DNA from: an uncultured Dehalococcoidales bacterium
GTDB lineage: Bacteria; Chloroflexota; Dehalococcoidia; GIF9; AB-539-J10
Assembly: GCA_964586515.1 (NCBI GenBank)
Contig: CAZPGJ010000001.1
Location: 394,560-458,559 of the forward strand
DNA length: 64,000 nt
Direction: 5' to 3'
Part shown: in pieces, positions 1 to 10,414 of the stretch
How the letters are laid out: each line of letters begins with the position of its first letter
Position numbering within the stretch: position 1 is the first letter of the stretch
Notes under the pieces: model-generated
Seen by the model: the letters and a program-made list of their open reading frames with translations, nothing else
What the model was told of the DNA's origin: nothing
The model's database searches: none
Program-made: the position numbers and the translations under genes

Positions 1-95
1 TTTATGTTATGCAAAATCTCCCGCCCTTCCACCTCTACGGTTAGCTGTTCAATGCTTAAAGCCACATCCCTCATGTTGTACTCTCTTATTTTCAC

Positions 96-626
96 TCAAA
101 TCCCATCCAGTGACCAATGTTCTCTTTCGGTAAACCACCCCGCAGGGTTGCTGAGATACTCGAGGGAATCGGTAAGGGCGAGATGGTGCCCCCGTTCCTC
201 ACCCGCCAGGCTCTCGTAGAACCGCTTTTCCAGAGGGAGAGTGCTTTCTTCGCTTCGAGAGTGATACAAATTATAAGACTTTATCTCCATATCTATAGCT
301 ATATTGATAGCTTCGAGTTCAGACTCGGCCACTTTAACCTTGCTACCCAGCGTTTTAGTGGCTTCGGAGAATAGAGACTTGAGTTTTTTCCCTTTCTCGG
401 ATGGTGGTGCTACATCAGGCCAATTCTGCCCTCTCTTGAGGACTTCATGTATTTCTTCAAACTTCTTACGGTGAACGTCTTCTTCATTAGCCAGCTGCTG
501 AAATAGGTCCTTAGCTAGCTTGTTGCTGCTTTTCTGGCTTGCCTTCTGGTAGAACTCCTTACCCTCTACCTCCATCCGAACAGCGAGCCGAAGCACTTCT
601 ATCGCCCTGGCCTGTTCATTTTTCAT
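96..626 (-). CDS. rubrerythrin-family ferritin-like diiron protein (no rubredoxin domain)
   Basis: 176 aa; two four-helix halves each with E...ExxH-type metal ligand pairs (EVEGKEFYQKA/EEDVHRKKFEE and DMEIKSYNLYH/EERGHHLAL); sits in a redox operon with trxB. Confidence 0.65.
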   Translation of the reverse strand: MKNEQARAIEVLRLAVRMEVEGKEFYQKASQKSSNKLAKDLFQQLANEEDVHRKKFEEIHEVLKRGQNWPDVAPPSEKGKKLKSLFSEATKTLGSKVKVAESELEAINIAIDMEIKSYNLYHSRSEESTLPLEKRFYESLAGEERGHHLALTDSLEYLSNPAGWFTEREHWSLDGI

Positions 627-647
627 CTGCTCACTCCTCTTGAGACC

Positions 648-773
648 TTATGAGCTAATTAATTCCATGTTCTGACCACAACAGACTAGAGTGCCGCCGC
701 CAGCCTTAGTCACCGTCACCTCATTGCCACAGATATTGCAGCGATATTTTTCGCCAACCTTTTTAACAGCCAT
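648..773 (-). CDS. desulforedoxin-like small rubredoxin-type protein (41 aa)
   Basis: Not in ORF track (<60 aa). Translation [41 protein letters not shown] has the CxxC...CC signature of desulforedoxin (N-domain of desulfoferrodoxin); located exactly in the gap between two rubrerythrin-like genes. Confidence 0.55.
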   Translation of the reverse strand: MAVKKVGEKYRCNICGNEVTVTKAGGGTLVCCGQNMELISS

Positions 774-815
774 TTTCACCTCCTTAATTTTTTATAGCCA
801 GCAGAAAGCCAGAAT

Positions 816-1301
816 TCACGTTCTTTGTAATTTTCTCTTGAGTTCCGAAAGCTGGCGCAGGTGTTTTTTTTCTTCATCTGATATGTTGAGGACTACTTTA
901 CGGTCCCGCTCCCTCACCAAGCTCTGCAATTCTGTGTAAAAGAGGATGGAATCTTTCTCAGCCTGGATTCCAATGTTAATGGCTTCAATTTCATTGAATA
1001 CCTTACCAGCCTTTTGTTGGGCCTCGGTAACATTGGAAAATACTGCGTTGTCAACTAATGATTTGAGGTAAAGCATATATTCTTCAGTGTAGGTTTCCGA
1101 GGGCTTAGCCTGGCCTAGGGAATCCGATATGCTTTGAAAGGTATCCAGATGTTTCTTTTCTTCTCCGGCGAGATAATTATAGATGTCTTTGACATCCCTA
1201 TTTCCGGTCTTATCAGCCAAGGCTTGATAGAATGCCATACCGTTCCTTTCTATACCTATAGCTATTTCTAAGAGTTCGCTTCCTGAGAAAAAAACAGCCA
1301 T
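816..1301 (-). CDS. rubrerythrin-family ferritin-like protein
   Basis: 161 aa; ferritin-like E/H ligand pattern (GEEKKHLDTF, EKDSILFYTELQ, DEEKKHLRQL); paralogous in architecture to 96..626. Confidence 0.65.
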   Translation of the reverse strand: MAVFFSGSELLEIAIGIERNGMAFYQALADKTGNRDVKDIYNYLAGEEKKHLDTFQSISDSLGQAKPSETYTEEYMLYLKSLVDNAVFSNVTEAQQKAGKVFNEIEAINIGIQAEKDSILFYTELQSLVRERDRKVVLNISDEEKKHLRQLSELKRKLQRT

Positions 1302-1324
1302 TTCAATCCTCCTTTTTAATATAT

Positions 1325-2245
1325 TTATTCGCGGAGCCTCTGGAGATAGCGGTGAGCTTGAAGCGCAGCTTTGGCTCCTTCCCCAGCAGCTACCACTATT
1401 TGCTTGTCAGGGACGCTGGTAATGTCTCCAGCGGCGAAAAGCCCGAGTAAGCTAGTTTCATTGGCACAATTTACTTCGATTTCTCCAAGGCGATTTAGAT
1501 GGACCATTCCTTTGAATGGCTCCGAGTTAGGGATAAGTCCGATCTCGATAAAGATGCCACCAACATCCAATTCCTTTTCCTGTTTACTTTTCAAGTCCCT
1601 TATTTTTATCCCCTCAACTTGGCTCTCTCCCTTTATCTCCAGGACTTCGTGCTCCAGGAAAATTGTCAGATTGCCAGCACTTCTCACTCTATCAATTAGT
1701 ATCTGGTCGCCGGTGAGAGGAGTCAGTGATACTAAATAAACATAGTTGGCTATTTTGACCATGTCGTCAACAGCTTCCAATGCCGAGTTGCCACCACCAA
1801 TGACAGCCACCTTAACATCAGCGAAGACGGGACCATCACAGATAGCGCAGTAGGTAACCCCTCTTCCAAGCAACTCCTTCTCTCCAGGAACATTTAGCTG
1901 GCGAGGACTTTTGCCTGTGGCCAATATGACCGCCTTGGCCTGGTAAGTCTCACCTCTATCTGTCCTGACCTCGAAGCCTCCATCCACTCTTGATAGCCTT
2001 TTAGCTCTCTTGCCAACTTCGACTTTTATACTTGTGGGGAACTGCTTGACCTGCTCCTCAAATTTCTGCATCAAATCGTGGCCTTCGATGAATTGATAAC
2101 CCATATAGTTTTCTATAAGCCAAGTGGTGAGGCCCTGTCCTCCTATGTCGTAGCTAACAAGCAATGTATTCAGCTTTTTTCTCGCTGCATACACTGCGGC
2201 CGTCATACCGGCCGGGCCGCCACCAATAATAATCAGTTCATACAT
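1325..2245 (-). CDS. trxB: thioredoxin-disulfide reductase
   Basis: 306 aa; FAD motif IIGGGPAGMTAA, redox-active CAICDG, NADPH motif VIGGGNSALE, C-terminal AAGD. Confidence 0.9.
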   Translation of the reverse strand: MYELIIIGGGPAGMTAAVYAARKKLNTLLVSYDIGGQGLTTWLIENYMGYQFIEGHDLMQKFEEQVKQFPTSIKVEVGKRAKRLSRVDGGFEVRTDRGETYQAKAVILATGKSPRQLNVPGEKELLGRGVTYCAICDGPVFADVKVAVIGGGNSALEAVDDMVKIANYVYLVSLTPLTGDQILIDRVRSAGNLTIFLEHEVLEIKGESQVEGIKIRDLKSKQEKELDVGGIFIEIGLIPNSEPFKGMVHLNRLGEIEVNCANETSLLGLFAAGDITSVPDKQIVVAAGEGAKAALQAHRYLQRLRE

Positions 2246-2261
2246 GATTTCCTTTAATTAA

Positions 2262-2498
2262 CTAAAGACCTAATTTCTCCCTGAGCTGCCCCTCATTGAA
2301 TCCGACCAGCACTTCGCCATCCAAGCAAATTGTGGGGACTGCTAGCGAACCACACTTATTCTTCATTTCCTCCCGAGCCGCTTTATCCTCAACTATATTA
2401 AATTCTTGATACTTGATGCCGTTATCATCCAGAAACTTCTTGGCCATCTTGCAATAAGGGCAGGTAGGGGTGGTGTAGAGTTTAACCTCGCGTGCCAT
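2262..2498 (-). CDS. glutaredoxin-like protein (NrdH/Grx fold, CPYC)
   Basis: 78 aa; LYTTPTCPYCKMAKKFL active-site motif, thioredoxin fold length. Confidence 0.75.
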   Translation of the reverse strand: MAREVKLYTTPTCPYCKMAKKFLDDNGIKYQEFNIVEDKAAREEMKNKCGSLAVPTICLDGEVLVGFNEGQLREKLGL

Positions 2499-2733
2499 TT
2501 TACCTCCTCGGTTTTTATTTTAAGCAGTGTGCCTGCTCTCTCCTATAATTAATATAAAAAGCTGCCAAAGCAATACTTAGCAGCCATATTAAACGCCTAC
2601 CTCAGGACTAGCTTTGCTTGTATCTTGTATACCATCGGCCCCACCCGCATAACTTTCCGCTATAAGGCGAGGTAAATAGCGTGGTAAATTTACTTAATGA
2701 TACAGGAGAGGCCAATTATTCGTCAAGCACGGG

Positions 2734-2826
2734 TGTCATCGCAATCACTTGAAAGTTGTATGGCCATCCTATGCCCGCCACGAGGTTGCTTCGGCTGACT
2801 TCGTCAGCCTCGCAATTATGCAGAGG
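2734..2826 (+). repeat. degenerate copy of TGTCATTGCGAG-type MITE
   Basis: gtgtcatcgcaatcac...gattgcttcggctgacttcgtcagcctcgcaattatg matches the ends and central GATTGCTTCGGC..GTCAGCCTCGCAA segment of the 10415/13546/15842 copies. Confidence 0.35.
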
Positions 2827-2944
2827 AGTATTCTTCACAATTGTGTAGGCGCTGGCATTAATTGTCAATTAACTCGGGCATAGTCAGGCTCGACTGTGCC
2901 TTCCCACACCCCTTTTACATTAGTAAACTGGTAACGCACCTCAT

Positions 2945-3238
2945 TTATAATATACTGCTCTGCCCACAGCTCTGATGGTCAGAGAACTGAACAGAAACGG
3001 TATAGCCCCCGATAAGAAAAGCGACAAAGACCCTCCAGTGAATTAAATCGATTGTGTTGAGCTGATAGTCGGCGTAGAAGGCAGTAAACAGAGATACTGC
3101 TGCCAGGACTGCCGAAGCAATAGCAATGCACTTGGTTAAGGACTTGGTAGTGTTGCCCACCGCATCCAGGTCATTCAAAGTCTGGCGAGTCCCGGGTTCG
3201 AGTTTTGCCATTTTCCCCGATGACATTGGCATTATCAA
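2945..3238 (-). pseudogene. hppA: fragment of membrane H+/Na+-translocating pyrophosphatase
   Basis: 97-aa ORF contains LDAVGNTTKSLTKCIAIASAVLAAVSLFTAF, matching the conserved GNTTAA..KG.AIGSAALTA..LF region of HppA, but only ~1/7 of the protein length. Confidence 0.45.
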
Positions 3239-3399
3239 CTACATGAGAGAGCTAAGAAGCTAGGATATTTGTACCGGTAGTGTTGAAGCAAAACTGGAAA
3301 GATGGCCAGGACTTTACCCAAGCCACTACAGAGCCCAAATAGGGAGATTCCGAGCCTCTGCGGAGTATAGTCATCCTTTCAGCGAGTCGCAGAGGATTT

Positions 3400-4770
3400 T
3401 TACAAGCCCCCTAGGTATCTTATCATTAGCATCAGGTGACAGATGGCGAGCACTATCAATGTTGCGGGGACGGAGTAATTCAGAAACTTCTTCCAGGTAA
3501 TCCGGTAGCCGGTCTTCTCAGCCATGGCTATACCGACAATATTAGCCTCGGCACCAATGGGCGTAGCATTACCTCCAATGCAGGCACCCAGTGCTAAGGA
3601 CCAGGCAAAAGTTGACAGCGTTCCGCCGGTCGTCCGGGAAAGATAAACAATCACCGGTAACATGATGGTAACAAACGGTATGTTATCTACTACTGACGAG
3701 ATAAGAGCGGAAACCCAGAGTATAAGTAACGTAGCCGTTACCGGACTGTTTCCGGATATTCTGCCGATATAGTTGGCGAGCACCTGAAGGAGTCCGGTCT
3801 CTTCCAGCCCGGACGCCGCTACAAAAAGCCCAAGGATGAAAAGAAGGGTCTTCCAGTCTACTCCCTTAATAATGTTAGATGCTCTTTTCCCTGATACGGC
3901 CAGTATGGCTCCGGCCCCGATGAAGCTAACCGTGACTACGGAGAGCCTGGCTTGCTCGTACATGGCAAGCAAGACCACGGTTAGCACCAGGATGGCGAAC
4001 TCAATCCAGAACAGATTTCGGTTGGTAATAGCTTCTCCCGGCTTGGGGTACTGCGCGGTGGAGATGCCCACCTCAATACCTGCCCCGAGTTTTTCTTTTC
4101 GGAAACGGAGATAGAAATAAACCATGGCCGCCGCCATACCAATCCAGACAATGGGACCAAGATTTACCAGGAACTTATTGAAGGTATAACCCAGGCTGGT
4201 GCCGATGATGATGTTAGGTGGATCCCCAATCAGGGTAGCCGTACCCCCAGCATTGGTAGCGACAATCTCGGCGATAATGAGCGGTATGGGGTTAATTTTG
4301 AGAAGTCGCGCCAGTTCAATGGTCACCGCACCCATAAATAATATTACGGTGACGTTGTTCAGGAACATTGACAATACCCCGGATAGAACTATAAAAAGGA
4401 GTGCGCTAGGGATAACGCGGTAATTGACCATCCGGGCGGTGTTCAGGCAGATCCAGCGGAAAAAACCTACTGCAGTTAGCCCCTCCACGATGACCATCAT
4501 CCCACCGGTAAACAGAATGGCTTGCCAGTCGACGCCGTAGGGCATGGCAGGCTGGTAGCTTCCTATCCAGAAGCTGGCCCGGCCAAGCTCGGCGAGGTTG
4601 AGGACCCCAATAGCGGTCTGCGGACTTCTCTCAATGCCCAGAAAAACGACTAACAGGGTTAGGGCGGCTCCGACGAGCGCCGGTACATATCGGCCTGCCT
4701 TGCCGGTTATGAGGGAGATAAATACCCCAACGAAGATGGCAAGAGCAGCAATCTGGCTCAGGGTAGGCAT
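3400..4770 (-). CDS. ArsB/NhaD-superfamily ion transporter (polytopic membrane permease)
   Basis: 456 aa, ~12 hydrophobic helices, GIERSPQTAIG / GGTATLIGDPPNIIIG duplicated-half motifs typical of ArsB/NhaD/CitMHS permeases. Confidence 0.5.
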   Translation of the reverse strand: MPTLSQIAALAIFVGVFISLITGKAGRYVPALVGAALTLLVVFLGIERSPQTAIGVLNLAELGRASFWIGSYQPAMPYGVDWQAILFTGGMMVIVEGLTAVGFFRWICLNTARMVNYRVIPSALLFIVLSGVLSMFLNNVTVILFMGAVTIELARLLKINPIPLIIAEIVATNAGGTATLIGDPPNIIIGTSLGYTFNKFLVNLGPIVWIGMAAAMVYFYLRFRKEKLGAGIEVGISTAQYPKPGEAITNRNLFWIEFAILVLTVVLLAMYEQARLSVVTVSFIGAGAILAVSGKRASNIIKGVDWKTLLFILGLFVAASGLEETGLLQVLANYIGRISGNSPVTATLLILWVSALISSVVDNIPFVTIMLPVIVYLSRTTGGTLSTFAWSLALGACIGGNATPIGAEANIVGIAMAEKTGYRITWKKFLNYSVPATLIVLAICHLMLMIRYLGGL

Positions 4771-4829
4771 TATTTTAAGTAGCTTTCTTCTTCCCTTTGG
4801 TTGGAACTAGGCACACGGCCAATCATATC

Positions 4830-5051
4830 TTACAACTGGGCCACTCCATGATGGCGTGAGCGACCAGGACAGCAGCTTTTGGCATGCTTAAGGTAGGTAC
4901 GATACAGGTGGTCTATATACAGGATGGCAGATTCGGATACGGTAACCGGGGTGACTGCGGAGGCAAACTTGGAGGCCAGGTCCGCGCAGTAGGGAAATAC
5001 TATCTCGGCATTTTCCGAGCCATCAAGTGGAACCAATATCCTCTCAAACAT
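4830..5051 (-). pseudogene. truncated universal stress protein (UspA-like) fragment
   Basis: From internal Met: MFERILVPLDGSENAEIVFPYCADLASKFASAVT matches Usp N-terminus; ORF ends after ~73 aa, about half Usp length. Confidence 0.3.
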
Positions 5052-5310
5052 CCGATCATGCCTCCGGAGGCGTTTACTTCCATTTGCGCAAGGCCCATTT
5101 TTTGTTTCGCTAATTATAATTGCCCATATATTAATCGTCAATTAAGGTTTTTGCTGCCGATACCGTTGAGAGGCATGTAAAATCGGCAACCCAAGAAGGA
5201 AAATCTAGCACGGTTCTCAAATATGACAAAAGCCCCCTTTTTTGTTTCCTAGCGAAATTGCTTTGTCGAGCTCTTTCATTGAGGCTCGGGACCAGCCTAA
5301 AGGAGATGTG

Positions 5311-6969
5311 TTACATCTTTTCCGGGGCGGCCATGCCCATGATGTGGAGGACTTTAGCCAGGGCAATCTGAGTTGCCTGGACCAGCTTGAGGCGGGCCTT
5401 GGTTAGCGCTTCATCCTTAGAGACAACCCGGCATTGCTTATAGAAGCTGTGAAACACGGTGGCTAAATCCTGGGCATAGTAAGGCAGGTGGTGAGGCCCC
5501 AGAGTAACTGCCACCCGTTCTACTATTTCGGGGAGGAGTATCAAGCGGCGAATTAAGGTTAGCTCCGGCTCAGTGGTAAGCAGAGAAACATCGCCTTGGC
5601 TGTAGTCTATCTCCCGCTGTTTCGCTAAGCGAAGGATGCTGGCGATCCGAGCGTGAGCATATTGAACATAATACACAGGATTATCCGCTGATTGCTTCTT
5701 AGCCAGTTCCAGGTCGAAATCCATCTGGCTATCGGCAGAGCGAGAGAGGAAGAAGAAGCGGCAAGCATCTGGGCCTACCTCTTCTATCACCTCCTGTAAA
5801 GTAATAATATCGCCACTGCGCTTGGATACTTTAACTATTTCCTCTCCCCGCCGCAGGGTGACTAGCTGGCAGATTATCACCTTGAGCTGCTCAGGGTCAC
5901 AATTCAAGGCCTTGAGCACCGCCTTCATGCGAGGGACATGTCCCTGATGGTCAGCCCCCCAGATATCAATCACTCGGTCGAATTTCCGCTCCAGAAACTT
6001 GTTGTAATGATAGGCAACATCAGAGGCAAAATAGGTTGGAGAGCCATCGCTGCGCACCAGGACATTGTCCTTGTCTTCGCCTAGGGAGCTTGATTCAAAC
6101 CAGGTGGCGTTTTCCTTTTTAGCAATATAGGCTCCACTTTGGAGCAGTTCCATAGCCCTGTTATATTGCCCGCCTGGATAAAGGCTTCTCTCTGAGAACC
6201 AGGAGTCAAAAACGACGTTTAGCAGCTCGAGGTCCTGTTTAATTCCCTGTAGCATCTTGGCAACCCCAACCTCTGCCAGTTGTGAAGCTGCCTCGCTCTC
6301 GGGCAACAATGAAAATTTATCACCCTGCTCCTGAGCTATTTCTTTGGCCAGGTCAATCATGTAATTGCCGTAGTAGCCATCCGGGGGCATGGCCGCTTCC
6401 TTGCCCAGGCATTGCTGGTAACGAGCATAGAGGGAACGGCCGAAGTTAGCTATCTGGTTGCCCATATCATTTATGTAATATTCTTTTTCTACAGCGTAGC
6501 CCGAGGTAGTAAGAATATTAGCTAAAGTACTGCCTAAAACAGCACCACGGCCATGACCTACGTGAAGAGGTCCGGTGGGGTTGACACTAACGAATTCCAG
6601 CTGGACCCGCTTACCTTTGCCTAGCTCAATGTCGCCATACGATTCGCCGGCAGCCAGGATTGATTCCACCTCCGTACTCAGCCAGTCCTCCCGCAAGGTG
6701 AAGTTGATGAAGCCTGGCGAAGCAATCAAAATCTTGTCAATTTGGGGCGGCGGTAATATGTGCTCAGAGATTTTTTCGGCTATAGCCATGGGGGACATCC
6801 TCATAGCCCGAGCCAGCCTCAAAGGGAGGCCTGAAGCAAAATCTCCGTGTTCGGGATTTTGAGGATGTTCTATAAGCACTTCGGGCAGGGCGGCTGAGGC
6901 CAGGGCACCTTCTTGCTGTGCCTTCAATACAGCTTGCTGCAAACATCTGGCTAGTTCTTGCTTGACCAT
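5311..6969 (-). CDS. argS: arginine--tRNA ligase
   Basis: Class I aaRS HVGH motif ([14 protein letters not shown]), KMSKS-like VSKRSG, anticodon-binding C-terminus; start set at [10 protein letters not shown] (track ORF extends to a TTG at 7029). Confidence 0.9.
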   Translation of the reverse strand: MVKQELARCLQQAVLKAQQEGALASAALPEVLIEHPQNPEHGDFASGLPLRLARAMRMSPMAIAEKISEHILPPPQIDKILIASPGFINFTLREDWLSTEVESILAAGESYGDIELGKGKRVQLEFVSVNPTGPLHVGHGRGAVLGSTLANILTTSGYAVEKEYYINDMGNQIANFGRSLYARYQQCLGKEAAMPPDGYYGNYMIDLAKEIAQEQGDKFSLLPESEAASQLAEVGVAKMLQGIKQDLELLNVVFDSWFSERSLYPGGQYNRAMELLQSGAYIAKKENATWFESSSLGEDKDNVLVRSDGSPTYFASDVAYHYNKFLERKFDRVIDIWGADHQGHVPRMKAVLKALNCDPEQLKVIICQLVTLRRGEEIVKVSKRSGDIITLQEVIEEVGPDACRFFFLSRSADSQMDFDLELAKKQSADNPVYYVQYAHARIASILRLAKQREIDYSQGDVSLLTTEPELTLIRRLILLPEIVERVAVTLGPHHLPYYAQDLATVFHSFYKQCRVVSKDEALTKARLKLVQATQIALAKVLHIMGMAAPEKM

Positions 6970-7046
6970 GATTGAATTAACCCCAACAAATTTGATTCTA
7001 AATTTAGCGGGTTCCCACGAAAATCGCAAGATTCACGTGGGTGGAT

Positions 7047-9500
7047 CTAGCTCCATTCAGCGCCTTTGGACCATGCTCGGCTCAATTGTTGGCGTAAAGG
7101 TTGATGTTCAGCTTTCTTTAAATTGGGGTCGCTTTGGAAAAGAGTCATTGCCTCCTGACGAGCTAACTCCAGACTGCGTAAATCGGTTAGCTTGGCAAGT
7201 TTGAGGTCGGGCAAGCCGCTCTGTTGGGTGCCGAAAAATTCCCCGGGCCCCCGCAGCTCCAGGTCTTTCTCAGCCAGGGCGAAGCCATTATGGACCCGCT
7301 CCATCAGCCGGAGGCGCTCCCTGGCTTCCGGTGAAAGCTTTTCCGGTATAAGCAGGCAGTAGCCCTGTTCTTTATCTCGCCCCACACGTCCCCGGAATTG
7401 GTGGAGCTGAGATAAGCCAAAGCGTTCGGCACCCTCGACCATCATGACCGAAGCCCTGGGTACGTCAATGCCCACCTCCACTACCGAGGTTGATACCAGA
7501 ATATCCAGCTCCCCGCTTCGAAAATGGCGCATTACCTCCTCTTTCTCAGGACCGGGCATTTGACCGTGGAGTAGTCCTAATTTTAAATCCGGGAAAACCT
7601 CTCGCGATAGCCGCTCATATTCCGTTGTGGCGGCTTTCGCCTCCAGTATTTCGGACTCTTCGATTAAGGGGCAGATGATGAAAGCTTGCCGGCCATTGCT
7701 GACCTGGCGATGAAGGAAGGTATAAGCTTTTTCCCTATCCTGTGGTTCCAGGCATTTTGTTTTCACTACCTGCCGTCCCGGCGGCAACTCATCAATAGCC
7801 GAAAGGTCCAGGTCTCCATAGAGCGTCAGCGCCATGGTCCGGGGAATAGGTGTGGCTGTCATGACCAGGACATGAGGGTTAAACCCCTTCTGCCTCAGGG
7901 CGGAGCGCTGTAACACGCCAAAGCGGTGTTGCTCGTCTATCACCGCCAGCCCTAATTTCTTAAATTCTACCTCTTTTTGAATAAGGGCATGGGTGCCGAT
8001 AATGATGTCCACCTCACCCTGCTTAATTTTACCGTGCAGGCTTTCTTTCTCGCTGTTGCTGAGGCTCCCGATGAGCAGAGCGATGGTCAGCGGCCTCGGA
8101 ACAAATCCCGTGTAGCATCTGATAGTCCCTTCGCCCGGCTCGGAACAAGGTCCCTGGCTGCTGGCCTGGGACAGATAGTTACAGATATTGGTGAAATGTT
8201 GCTCAGCTAAGACCTCGGTGGGCGCCATTAATGCCCCCTGGTAACTGTTGGCAGCCGCTATCAAGAGGGCCAGGGTCGCGATTACGGTTTTGCCGCTGCC
8301 GACCTCTCCTTGCAGAAGACGCGACATGGCTTTGGCTTGTTTCAGGTCGGTTAAAATTTCCTGCAGCACTCGCTCCTGTGCCTGGGTCAGAGTGAAAGGC
8401 AGGCAATGTAAAAACCTAGCGATAACTTCCTGGTCTATATGAAAGGCATTGCCCGGTTGCCCTTCCTGCCAGTCTCGCTTTCTAGCCAGCACGCCTAATT
8501 GAAGAAGAAATAGCTCGTCGAAAGACAACCTCCCTCTTGCCCTTCCCGCCATTGTCAGGTCATCGGGATAGTGAATTTGAGCGATGGCGGTGGGGAGGTC
8601 TAATAACTGGCAGCGGGTCTTTATATCCGAGGGCAGGAAATCATCCAATTGCCCGGCATAGCCATCGACAGTCTCCTTGGTCCACTTCCTGACTTGCCGG
8701 GGATATAAGCCTTGAGTAAGGGGATAGACGGGGACCAGTCGCCCGGTGTGAATCAATTCTTTATTTTCCAGCAACTCCCATTCCGGGGACTCGAATACTT
8801 TTTGTCCTTTGAACAGGCTGACCGTGCCGCTGATTACTATTCTGGCATTGGTACGGAAGCTTCTTGCCAGGTAGGGTTGATTAAACCAGACCGCTCTCAC
8901 GTTTCCCGTCTCGTCGCCGACAATTGCCTCTGTGCCGCGCCGGTTACCCAAAGTAGCCACCCTGGCTTGCCAGATCGTGCCTATGATAGTTTGCTCCTCG
9001 CCCTCTATAAGTTCCGAGACGGGTTTCCTCCGGCTGTAATCGACATAGCGCCTGGGGAAGAAATAAAGCAAATCACGCACTGTCCGGACATTGAGCTTGG
9101 CAAACTTTTTATCTGCGCTGGTCGAGATGCCTCTGACAACAGTTATGGGCGAGTCCAGCCCTTCTCTTCGCTCCTGGCGGGGCCTAGCCGCTGCCGTTTG
9201 ACTACTGGCTACTGGCTTCTGACTACTGTTCGTTTTAGTCGCTTTTTCTAGCTTATCTAACCAGCTAAAGACATTTGCTATCCATCTCTTACGCTCATCC
9301 ACGCCATAAGAGCCATAATTGGACTTGGCTAAGTTAAGCTCGTCAAAGCTGCTTAAAAGCTGTGGGTTATTGATACTCTGCCTGATTTGTCCGGCCTGCT
9401 TGTGAAGATACTTATCCAGGCCGCCGATTACTGCCTTATCGGTGTAACCCTTCCGGCGCTCCAGCTCAAGAACATTTCGTAGCGAATCAATGCCTGTCAC
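7047..9500 (-). CDS. recG: ATP-dependent DNA helicase RecG
   Basis: 817 aa; wedge domain, Walker A GEVGSGKT, DEQHRFG, helicase motifs VI QLHQFRGRVGR. Confidence 0.9.
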   Translation of the reverse strand: MTGIDSLRNVLELERRKGYTDKAVIGGLDKYLHKQAGQIRQSINNPQLLSSFDELNLAKSNYGSYGVDERKRWIANVFSWLDKLEKATKTNSSQKPVASSQTAAARPRQERREGLDSPITVVRGISTSADKKFAKLNVRTVRDLLYFFPRRYVDYSRRKPVSELIEGEEQTIIGTIWQARVATLGNRRGTEAIVGDETGNVRAVWFNQPYLARSFRTNARIVISGTVSLFKGQKVFESPEWELLENKELIHTGRLVPVYPLTQGLYPRQVRKWTKETVDGYAGQLDDFLPSDIKTRCQLLDLPTAIAQIHYPDDLTMAGRARGRLSFDELFLLQLGVLARKRDWQEGQPGNAFHIDQEVIARFLHCLPFTLTQAQERVLQEILTDLKQAKAMSRLLQGEVGSGKTVIATLALLIAAANSYQGALMAPTEVLAEQHFTNICNYLSQASSQGPCSEPGEGTIRCYTGFVPRPLTIALLIGSLSNSEKESLHGKIKQGEVDIIIGTHALIQKEVEFKKLGLAVIDEQHRFGVLQRSALRQKGFNPHVLVMTATPIPRTMALTLYGDLDLSAIDELPPGRQVVKTKCLEPQDREKAYTFLHRQVSNGRQAFIICPLIEESEILEAKAATTEYERLSREVFPDLKLGLLHGQMPGPEKEEVMRHFRSGELDILVSTSVVEVGIDVPRASVMMVEGAERFGLSQLHQFRGRVGRDKEQGYCLLIPEKLSPEARERLRLMERVHNGFALAEKDLELRGPGEFFGTQQSGLPDLKLAKLTDLRSLELARQEAMTLFQSDPNLKKAEHQPLRQQLSRAWSKGAEWS

Positions 9501-9503
9501 TTT

Positions 9504-10340
9504 CTACTCTGCTTCAAGGACGGAAACAGCCAGGACATGAGGACCAACATGAGTGCCGACCACCGGGCTTACCTTGGAACGATAAATACGCTCCGGAGGG
9601 ACGACATCCTTAAGCCGCTCGGCTAATGTCTGTAAATCATCGGGGGTAGTAGCATCCTCGATAGCCGTGGCTTCTATCCGGCTAAAACCCTTGACAAAAT
9701 TTACCAGAAAATCCATGGCTTGAGCTCGGTTGCGGGAGCGAGCCATAGGAAAGGTTGCACCGTCTTTTATTCCCAGGACAGGATTTACTTTTAGCAGACC
9801 GCCTAAAAAGGCCTGCGCCTTACCAATGCGCCCGCCTCTTCTCAAGTATTCCAATGTATCGAAGCTCATACGAATATGCACTCTGGGAATTGCTCTCCTG
9901 ACCCAGTCAGTAATTTGCTCCAGATTAGCCCCTGCTTGAGCCATCTTGGCTGCTGAAATAACTAAGAGCATTTGTGGGCCTGCTGCCGTCTGAGAGTCGA
10001 TGACCTCGATGCGGCAATCTTTGCTAACCATAGCCTTACCTTGCAGCGCTGCCGTATAAGTGCCGCTGAACTTTTGCGAAAGAGTTATAGTCAGGATTTC
10101 CTTTGTTTCCTCCGCTAATTTAGTGAAAGCCTCGGCAAAATCAGCCGGGGTGGCGGTTGCGGTGGTGGGATGAATCTTACTTGTTTCCAACTTGTGGTAG
10201 AACTCCTCTGTACTCAGGTCGACATTGTCCCGGTAGGTCTCTTTGCCAAATTGGACGTACAACGGCACCACAGTGATCCCCAGCTCCTGGGCTAACTGTG
10301 GGGTAATGTCCGAGCAGCTATCGGTTACAACTTTAACCAT
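9504..10340 (-). CDS. DegV family fatty-acid-binding protein
   Basis: 278 aa; MVKVVTDSCSDITPQLAQELGITVVPLYVQFG typical DegV N-terminus. Confidence 0.85.
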   Translation of the reverse strand: MVKVVTDSCSDITPQLAQELGITVVPLYVQFGKETYRDNVDLSTEEFYHKLETSKIHPTTATATPADFAEAFTKLAEETKEILTITLSQKFSGTYTAALQGKAMVSKDCRIEVIDSQTAAGPQMLLVISAAKMAQAGANLEQITDWVRRAIPRVHIRMSFDTLEYLRRGGRIGKAQAFLGGLLKVNPVLGIKDGATFPMARSRNRAQAMDFLVNFVKGFSRIEATAIEDATTPDDLQTLAERLKDVVPPERIYRSKVSPVVGTHVGPHVLAVSVLEAE

Positions 10341-10414
10341 TTCTACTTCATAATTCTCCCTGTAATCCTTCCTCCAGGGAGGAAATCGCTTGATTCATCC
10401 CACTACAACGCATT

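Noticed and set aside
117-374. Track ORFs lying antisense to or overlapping confident genes (e.g. 117..374, 1371..1739, 3836..4114, 12306..12698, 32468..33194, 33428..34108, 34399..34935, 41290..42033)
   Set aside because: Each lies wholly inside a longer ORF on the opposite strand that has clear family motifs (rubrerythrin, trxB, transporter, rpmB, mutS2, baeRF1-like, radical SAM). They are most likely frame artefacts of GC-rich coding sequence.
3180-3200. GGGTTCGAGTT motif resembling a tRNA T-loop; general scan for tRNA/rRNA
   Set aside because: It lies inside the hppA-fragment ORF with no acceptor/anticodon arms around it. No GGTTCGAATCC-type T-arm with matching acceptor stem was found anywhere, and no rRNA-like segments were seen.
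5311-7029. 5'-extended starts for argS (7029), argG (57820), argJ (63922) and the USP-like ORF (5141)
   Set aside because: The extensions begin at non-ATG codons and add residues with no counterpart in the family N-termini. Internal Met starts matching canonical N-termini were chosen.
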